Origin: Candidatus Thorarchaeota archaeon
Lineage (GTDB): Archaea > Asgardarchaeota > Thorarchaeia > Thorarchaeales > Thorarchaeaceae
Length of the DNA: 64,000 bases
NCBI GenBank assembly: GCA_019894665.1
Contig: JAGXOC010000001.1
Coordinates: 18,013 to 82,012 of the forward strand
Direction: 5' to 3'
Shown: piece by piece, positions 58,551 through 64,000 of the stretch
How the letters are laid out: every line of letters begins with the position of its first letter
Position numbering within the stretch: position 1 is the first letter of the stretch
Translations under genes and position numbers: made by a program
The notes under the pieces: generated by a model
Told to the model about the DNA's origin: nothing
Databases searched by the model: none
The model's input: the letters and a program-made list of their open reading frames with translations, nothing else

Positions 58551-58757
58551 TTGCCTCCAAAAAGTCCACTAGTCTTTAATCCTCCCAGGTGCTTCAAAGC
58601 TCCTGTCTATCCAGGAGTTAAGATTCGAGCCGTTATTGAGGTAACGGAAAATGCGCCAGATAGCAACCTCTGCCGACTCACATTCGATGTCTACAATGAA
58701 GATGGTGTTGCAGTTATGGATGGTTACGCTACTGTCATGCCGCCAATAAAGGAGTAA
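58551..58757 (+). pseudogene. possible remnant of a hot-dog / MaoC-like dehydratase
   Basis: The 68-aa ORF ends CRLTFDVYNEDGVAVMDGYATVMPP, resembling a hot-dog-fold C-terminal strand-turn-strand. Too short for a full domain. Confidence 0.25.
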
Positions 58758-58766
58758 ACAACAAGA

Positions 58767-60113
58767 TTGAACAGCCACATAGCATGTGGCTTATCTGTCA
58801 TGAATCAGGGACAATCCGCCAGGTCAGATGCACTCGAAGCATTAATTCAATATGATCAGTCTACTACTTCGATGAAGACACTCTTGCGTGAAATGCAAAC
58901 AGCCTCACCAGACTCTCCTGATTCTCAGTTTCACACACAATCTCTATCCCTCTCAGTTGTCAGGTTCCGGAATACAATTGATTTCATTCTCTCTAGGTCC
59001 CTAGGAAAAAGAAAGCTACACGATTTACGCCCACGAGATCTCAATATCCTCCGCCTCGCCGTCTATGAAGTTCATTGGCTTAATGCTGATTTAGTTGAAA
59101 CATCATCTTTCTATCCTAAAATCGAATCACATTATTCAACTGAGTTCAAGGAGGCTGAATCTGTAAATCTCGATGCTGTTATTGAAGGAATGCCCATTGT
59201 CAATCGCTTAAGCTTGAAACATTCACATCCTACCTTTCTAGTGAAGACTCTACTTGACAATCTTACTCTAGATGAAACTGGTCAATTATTAACCGCGAAC
59301 AATCAGAAACGTACATACTACATCCGCCCCAATATGCTTTATGATGATTATAATTCAGTCTTGGAATCATTGGTTGAAGTCAAGATGAAAAGAGATCCTG
59401 ACATACCCGAGGTTTTCAAAATAGTAGAGGGCGTAGATTCAGTTGTTAGGTCTCAGTTATTCAAAGATGGACGTGTATTGATTCAAGACAAGGCTAGTAT
59501 CATCACAGTCAATGCTCTGAACCCCGAACCCGGCCAGAAGATCTGGGATGCGTGTGCGGCTCCAGGTATGAAGACTCAGTTGATTGCTGAGAGGATGAAG
59601 GATCAAGGACAGATCATTGCTTCTGATGTTTATGAAGAACGAGTTAAAACAGGACGCGAACGGTCTCAACATCTCAATGCCTCACAGATTGAGTGGTTGC
59701 ATGCCGATGCTACGAAGCCTGTAGTTCATGATGCTGATAAAATCCTGATTGATGCTCCATGTACTTCTACGGGTATCCTACAAGCCTACCCCTCCTTCAA
59801 ATGGCGATTGAATAAGGAAACACTCTTTGCATTGATGACTGTGCAAAACAAGATTCTAGATGCAATTCTCACAGATTACGCTGATAAACCTGGAACTGAG
59901 ATTGTCTTCTCGACTTGCTCAATTCTACCTCATGAGGGCGAGTCTCAGATAGATTCAGCAATGCAACGACATAATTTTGAGTTACTAAAACCCCTAGATT
60001 ATGGGAGTTCAGGATATCCTGGTTTCGATTGTTCAAAAAAGGTTCAGAGACTATTCCCCCACAAACATGACACAAGTGGGTTCTTTATTGCTCGATTGAA
60101 AATTAGGCACTGA
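58767..60113 (+). CDS. NOL1/NOP2/Sun (RsmB/NSUN) family RNA m5C methyltransferase
   Basis: AdoMet motif DACAAPGMKTQ. Catalytic region LIDAPCTSTGI ... FSTCSILPHEG. N-terminal NusB-like extension. Confidence 0.75.
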   Translation: MNSHIACGLSVMNQGQSARSDALEALIQYDQSTTSMKTLLREMQTASPDSPDSQFHTQSLSLSVVRFRNTIDFILSRSLGKRKLHDLRPRDLNILRLAVYEVHWLNADLVETSSFYPKIESHYSTEFKEAESVNLDAVIEGMPIVNRLSLKHSHPTFLVKTLLDNLTLDETGQLLTANNQKRTYYIRPNMLYDDYNSVLESLVEVKMKRDPDIPEVFKIVEGVDSVVRSQLFKDGRVLIQDKASIITVNALNPEPGQKIWDACAAPGMKTQLIAERMKDQGQIIASDVYEERVKTGRERSQHLNASQIEWLHADATKPVVHDADKILIDAPCTSTGILQAYPSFKWRLNKETLFALMTVQNKILDAILTDYADKPGTEIVFSTCSILPHEGESQIDSAMQRHNFELLKPLDYGSSGYPGFDCSKKVQRLFPHKHDTSGFFIARLKIRH

Positions 60114-61044
60114 TTCGTCTTTCAACTGATTCTAAAACTCTACGTGCAAACTCCCTATCATCCTTGAAGGACCAAGGTATTTCTAGGAAAAGCTTATTCG
60201 CTGTTATCATGAGGTTTTGGTCTCGATTGATTAGGACCTTAAACACCACTTTGGTCCACTCAAAACAAGGATGCTCTTGGAATGTCTGACTCTCTCCCGA
60301 TTTTGTTGTTATCTCTGCAAGATATGCCATACCTTCTTTGGGTTTGCCCAACATTAGGTCTGCAAGTGCACCCATACACGCAAGAGTGACAGCATTCTTG
60401 ATCATTCCTGATTTGATGTATGACGCAGCTCCGTCTTTGTACTCTTCAGCCTTTTTTGTGTACAAGGATCGACCATGGCTAATTATCAAATCCTTAGTAT
60501 CTTCCTTCGGATTTGCTTTCTTGAGTGTGACACCTCCAAGGACGGCTGCCTTGAGTTCCGATTGCAATTCTGTAGTTGGTTTGCGTTCACTCAACTGCTC
60601 AATCTTATCAATCAGGGCTTCTCCTGCTTTCATCAATTCCTGTTTTGTTGCGAGCCCGTTCAACGCAGGGTCTTTGTCTGCAATTCCTTCCTCGTAAACC
60701 GTCCGTGCAGAACGGAAAAGGTCGTAGGCTTTCTCAACTAAGTCAGTCTTGTTTGCGAAGTTTATCGCCTTTACATAGGCATGAATGGCGTTGTCAGCTT
60801 CACCAAGATTTTCAAACTGAGACGCAGATTCAATCAACCAAGGAAAGGCGTCTGTACTGTTTGAATCAAGCGCATCCTGACCTCTTGCAAGAGAGCTATA
60901 TGCATCTACACATATTGTAGCAAGATCTGGTTTCAGGCACTTGGCATTAACTTCTGCTTTGTGCAGTTTCTGGCCCCTTAGCCTACAATATGGGTCACCA
61001 GACTCTGTTTCCCCCAGCCAATTGCACTTGTTTTCTGTTGCCAA
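60103..61044 (-). CDS. hypothetical protein with an N-terminal Cys motif and a helical repeat body
   Basis: CNWLGETESGDPYCRLRGQ...AKCLKPDLATIC; the remainder is alpha-helical, TPR-like. Confidence 0.45.
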   Translation of the reverse strand: MATENKCNWLGETESGDPYCRLRGQKLHKAEVNAKCLKPDLATICVDAYSSLARGQDALDSNSTDAFPWLIESASQFENLGEADNAIHAYVKAINFANKTDLVEKAYDLFRSARTVYEEGIADKDPALNGLATKQELMKAGEALIDKIEQLSERKPTTELQSELKAAVLGGVTLKKANPKEDTKDLIISHGRSLYTKKAEEYKDGAASYIKSGMIKNAVTLACMGALADLMLGKPKEGMAYLAEITTKSGESQTFQEHPCFEWTKVVFKVLINRDQNLMITANKLFLEIPWSFKDDREFARRVLESVERRISA

Positions 61045-61190
61045 GAAGTGTTCACGCCCAAGATGTCTATGTCATGATGCAACTTGAATGTTAAAAAACC
61101 AACCCTCGCTGTATCGTTATCTTTAACTGCAACCAGAAAGGGCTGAATCATGAGGTATTCACACTGAGCGACGACGACACTGAGCTTGCC

Positions 61191-61571
61191 ATGATTAGAC
61201 GAAAGAAAATGGCGAAGTTTGTGGCTCGTGAAAAGAAGATCCAAGAACAGAAAGAGCAGAAGGAAAAGTCAGATGTCGGGCGGGCCAATCTTCTTCAAAA
61301 ATACCTGGCCCCGGAAGCTCAGACTTACCTCTCCGCGCTCACGAAGAATGAACCTCACATAGGCAAGAGAGTGGAAGATATCCTCCTCAATCTTATTGTT
61401 TATCGGGGACTGCGCCAAACTATCACTCAACTGGATATTCGTTATGTAGAACGCCAAGTCAAGGGGGAAGGTCCGAAAATCCGTGTACAACGCGATGGAG
61501 AGACCTCTGACTTTGGTTCGTACGTTAAGGACGCCATCAAAGAGAGTTCTAACGACACCACCAAAGATTAG
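61191..61571 (+). CDS. PDCD5/TFAR19-like DNA-binding protein
   Basis: Basic N-terminus, then the LSALTKNEPHIGKRVEDILLNLIVYRGLRQTI ... KIRVQR pattern typical of archaeal PDCD5-like proteins (~120 aa). Confidence 0.4.
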   Translation: MIRRKKMAKFVAREKKIQEQKEQKEKSDVGRANLLQKYLAPEAQTYLSALTKNEPHIGKRVEDILLNLIVYRGLRQTITQLDIRYVERQVKGEGPKIRVQRDGETSDFGSYVKDAIKESSNDTTKD

Positions 61572-62500
61572 CCCATCGATTTTGCCCGTGCTCTCCAATC
61601 CTTGATTGTATACTGCAATTCCTCAATATTGCCCATTTGCTTTCTCCAAGAGTCAGCAGTTCGTCTCATCTGAAACACTAAGGCTCCGCCACGAGCAAGC
61701 TTCTGTTCAAGTATTTCTACTGCAGTTTCAAGTGCAATACCTATACTTCCTTGGTCGTCTGTTTTTCCGAGGAATTCTTCAAGACCTGCAAAGATTGCAT
61801 CAGGTTCCATTGTCATCCATTCATCACGAGGGACCCGTAGTTCTCTATACTTCTTTGCTGGAATGACAGTTGTGCCGTCTTTGATTTCTATCTCCCCTGC
61901 AACTTGGAGCGCATCAACAATCTCCAGTGCTGCTGAAACATCTATTATGAGTGTTGTAGCTATTTCGTCGATTTTGATTGATTTACGATTTAGCACCATA
62001 TTTAAGATACGGTATTTGGGGTCTCCCACCTCAAGAAGAACCTCTCGCAGTTTCTCCAGAGACTCCTCTTCCTGATTCAAGACCAATGTTGCGACCTGTG
62101 AGAATCGTTTCAAGTCCTCCCGTAGTCTCCCAATTCTTTGTTCAGATAGTGTAAGTTCCTCTTTCAAAGAATATCCGTCAGAACCTGGTGCCTTCTTCAA
62201 AAGTTGCTGTGTTTGCTCAGCTTTCATTCCTTGTACTTCTTTTCCGACTACATCAAGGACTCCTTTGGTCTTTGAGAGTTCTGAGGTGAGTATTTGAATC
62301 TCTGAGTCTTTCTGCGCAACCGTGGTCTCAAGTTGTGCTACATTATCCCCTAGTTGGTTTGCGCGCCTCTGTGAACCTCCAAGCTGTGCTTGCATGACTT
62401 CAAGTTTCTGATTGAGCGAAGCAATCTGTATTGTCTTGTCTCGGAGTCGTTCATTGATATCATCCGACATAGTGGTCCCTATTTTGAAGTCCATATGCAT
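61568..62500 (-). CDS. coiled-coil protein with a C-terminal alpha/beta region
   Basis: The N-terminal 150 aa are heptad-like (LNQKLEVMQAQLGGSQRRANQLGDNVAQLETTVAQKDSEIQILTSEL). No catalytic motifs. Confidence 0.45.
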   Translation of the reverse strand: MHMDFKIGTTMSDDINERLRDKTIQIASLNQKLEVMQAQLGGSQRRANQLGDNVAQLETTVAQKDSEIQILTSELSKTKGVLDVVGKEVQGMKAEQTQQLLKKAPGSDGYSLKEELTLSEQRIGRLREDLKRFSQVATLVLNQEEESLEKLREVLLEVGDPKYRILNMVLNRKSIKIDEIATTLIIDVSAALEIVDALQVAGEIEIKDGTTVIPAKKYRELRVPRDEWMTMEPDAIFAGLEEFLGKTDDQGSIGIALETAVEILEQKLARGGALVFQMRRTADSWRKQMGNIEELQYTIKDWRARAKSMG

Positions 62501-62548
62501 CGATAATTAAAGGCGTCTCGTCTGGATAGCAATAAGGAGAGCTCTGCT

Positions 62549-63301
62549 TTGGAACTATTTGATTCGCACACTCATGTGGATATGCGACATTTCAAGAATG
62601 ACCGAGCGCGAGTTATTCAGAGGGCAAAAGATGCTGGTCTAATTGGAATGGTCACTAGTTCGATAGGTTCCGCGTCATTTCGTAGAACACTTGGAATTGT
62701 GGAAAAACACCAAGGTTTTGTTCATCATTCTGCAGGCTGTGGAGTGTCACAGCTCACATTAGAAGAAGCAGAAAAGATTGTGGCTCTCACTCGCAAATAT
62801 TCTACAGACATCGTGGCCGTGGGAGAGGTAGGGCTAGACTATCACTGGGTGAAAGATACACAAGGTCGGAAAAATCAGGAACCTTTGTTTCAGATGTTTA
62901 TCGAACTGGCAAAAGAGTTGGACCTTCCAATTGTAATTCACTCCAGAAAAGCTGAGGCTGAAGCAACAGAGATCCTTGAGAAGAATTTCTCTGGAGATGT
63001 ACTCATGCATTGTTTTGATGGACCTCCTTCAGTTGCGAAACAGGTTGCAGATAATGGCTGGTACATCACGCTCCCTGCTAATTTTGGAAAGTACAGGAAT
63101 CGAAAAGATGCTGCAGAGATTTTGCCTTTGGATCAAATTCTATTGGAAACTGACGGTCCCTATCTTTCACCAACACCAGAACGAAACGAGCCTGCCAATA
63201 TCCTCTATGGAATTGAGAGTCTAAGTAAATTGCTGGATTTATCAGATGAAGATGTGGCTCAAGCAACAACACAGAATGCTCTCAAATTCTATCGTTTATA
63301 G
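62549..63301 (+). CDS. tatD: TatD-family metal-dependent hydrolase/DNase
   Basis: FDSHTHVDM metal-binding motif. VGEVGLDYHW. HSR and HCF motifs. Confidence 0.8.
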   Translation: MELFDSHTHVDMRHFKNDRARVIQRAKDAGLIGMVTSSIGSASFRRTLGIVEKHQGFVHHSAGCGVSQLTLEEAEKIVALTRKYSTDIVAVGEVGLDYHWVKDTQGRKNQEPLFQMFIELAKELDLPIVIHSRKAEAEATEILEKNFSGDVLMHCFDGPPSVAKQVADNGWYITLPANFGKYRNRKDAAEILPLDQILLETDGPYLSPTPERNEPANILYGIESLSKLLDLSDEDVAQATTQNALKFYRL

Positions 63302-63324
63302 AAATCTAAGACCAAAAACACCAA

Positions 63325-64000
63325 ATGGTTTCATTGTCTTTACAAAATATGTATACCCGCCGTTTCATGGATGTAGATGCATCTTCTCTGAAATCTCCAA
63401 TTGGCATCGTTGGTCTACCTGGAATTGCCAATGTTGGAAGGATTGCGATTCAAACCCTCACTAGTATTCTTGATGCCCACCATGTATCAGATTTCTTCAG
63501 TAAGGACTTGCCTCCTCGAGTTATGGTCATTAAGGGGATCTCTCACTGTCCAAAGTCATCAATACATCTCTATCGCGCCGCACCAGATGAACCTCATGAC
63601 CTTCTTTGTCTTACTGCTGACTTTCAACCAGCTTCGGGTAACGGTGTTTTCGAGTATGCAGACTATGTAGCTAGTGAATTCTCGAATCTTGGAGTAAAAG
63701 AGATGTATTCTCTGGCTGCGTATGAACAGGGATACCAAGAATACTTTGGTTCGTTTCCGTCACCACCAAGAGTCTTTGTATCAGCAAGCTCTCAAAATCT
63801 CTTGGACAAAATATCACAGGTTGATGGAATGGTCGCAACAGAAGAGGGCGTAGTTGTCGGAGCAAATGGCATCATTCCTAGTTGGGCTGCTTCAGTTTAT
63901 GATATGGAGGGCGCATGTCTTCTGGGTGAAACTATGGGTGTAATCAAGGCTGACTATAGAGCCGCGCAGATACTTCTTGAGAAACTGACCAGTCTTGTTG
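63325..64000 (+). CDS. proteasome assembly chaperone PAC2/PbaA-family protein, partial (runs off window end). Absent from the ORF track
   Basis: The frame is open from 63310 to the window end. In-frame ATGs at 63325, 63349 and 63367. PIGIVGLPGIANVGRIAIQTL matches the (I/V)xG(F/L)PG(I/V)GxVG N-terminal motif of PAC2-family proteins. Confidence 0.5.
   Translation, partial: MVSLSLQNMYTRRFMDVDASSLKSPIGIVGLPGIANVGRIAIQTLTSILDAHHVSDFFSKDLPPRVMVIKGISHCPKSSIHLYRAAPDEPHDLLCLTADFQPASGNGVFEYADYVASEFSNLGVKEMYSLAAYEQGYQEYFGSFPSPPRVFVSASSQNLLDKISQVDGMVATEEGVVVGANGIIPSWAASVYDMEGACLLGETMGVIKADYRAAQILLEKLTSLV

Noticed and set aside
1-64000. CRISPR arrays, tRNA/rRNA genes, transposases/integrases, prophage genes
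   Set aside because: I scanned the intergenic gaps (all under 400 nt) for regular direct repeats, cloverleaf-compatible sequences (T-arm GTTCRA motifs with matching stems) and transposase/integrase motifs. None were found.

Overview
This is a gene-dense 64-kb window of about 65 predicted genes on both strands, with no rRNA, tRNA, CRISPR array or transposase/integrase found. Most gene coordinates come from the supplied ORF track; where I placed a start or an ORF by hand, treat it as accurate to a few nucleotides, because at one locus (about 45061-45121) my manual indexing disagreed with the track by 2 nt.

The gene content looks archaeal: a 20S proteasome alpha subunit, a PAC2-like proteasome assembly chaperone, an archaeal-type D-aminoacyl-tRNA deacylase, a thiolase paired with a DUF35 zinc-ribbon/OB-fold protein, a PDCD5-like DNA-binding protein and a ribbon-helix-helix (RHH) regulator. 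I make no lineage claim beyond that.

Recognisable modules, in order along the window:
- A minus-strand four-gene signalling operon. It holds two paralogous sensors, each with two transmembrane helices, an extracytoplasmic Cache domain and a HAMP domain. One sensor carries a TPR plus von Willebrand A (vWA) output. Upstream of them is a beta-propeller/zinc-ribbon protein.
- A histone-deacetylase-family gene convergent with a DNA N4/N6-methyltransferase.
- A RACo-like corrinoid reactivase divergent from a reductive-dehalogenase-like Fe-S protein.
- A PAS histidine kinase, a radical-SAM activase-like gene, proteasome alpha (psmA), a RimK-family ligase and a YjeF_N-domain NAD(P)H-hydrate epimerase (NnrE).
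- A block of long coiled-coil proteins, including a 1297-aa protein whose N-terminus looks like a winged helix-turn-helix (wHTH).
- A lysine-tailed protein, an acidic polyproline protein and an E1-like enzyme.
- An aminotransferase and a tandem pair of novel Cys-motif paralogs next to an RHH regulator.
- Two paralogous beta-oxidation-like modules (3-hydroxyacyl-CoA dehydrogenase, crotonase, thiolase/DUF35, SCP2). Each embeds a nitroreductase-family flavoprotein, and no acyl-CoA dehydrogenase is present.
- An FGGY kinase, the anaerobic glycerol-3-phosphate dehydrogenase subunits GlpA/GlpB/GlpC, a GlcD/GlcF-like FAD/Fe-S oxidase pair, and an odd Cys-rich putative radical-SAM-like gene.
- A NOL1/NOP2/Sun RNA m5C methyltransferase and a TatD hydrolase.

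The most unusual content is the giant coiled-coil locus, the paired nitroreductase-plus-beta-oxidation modules, the Cache-HAMP-TPR-vWA sensor operon and the CPCY paralog pair.
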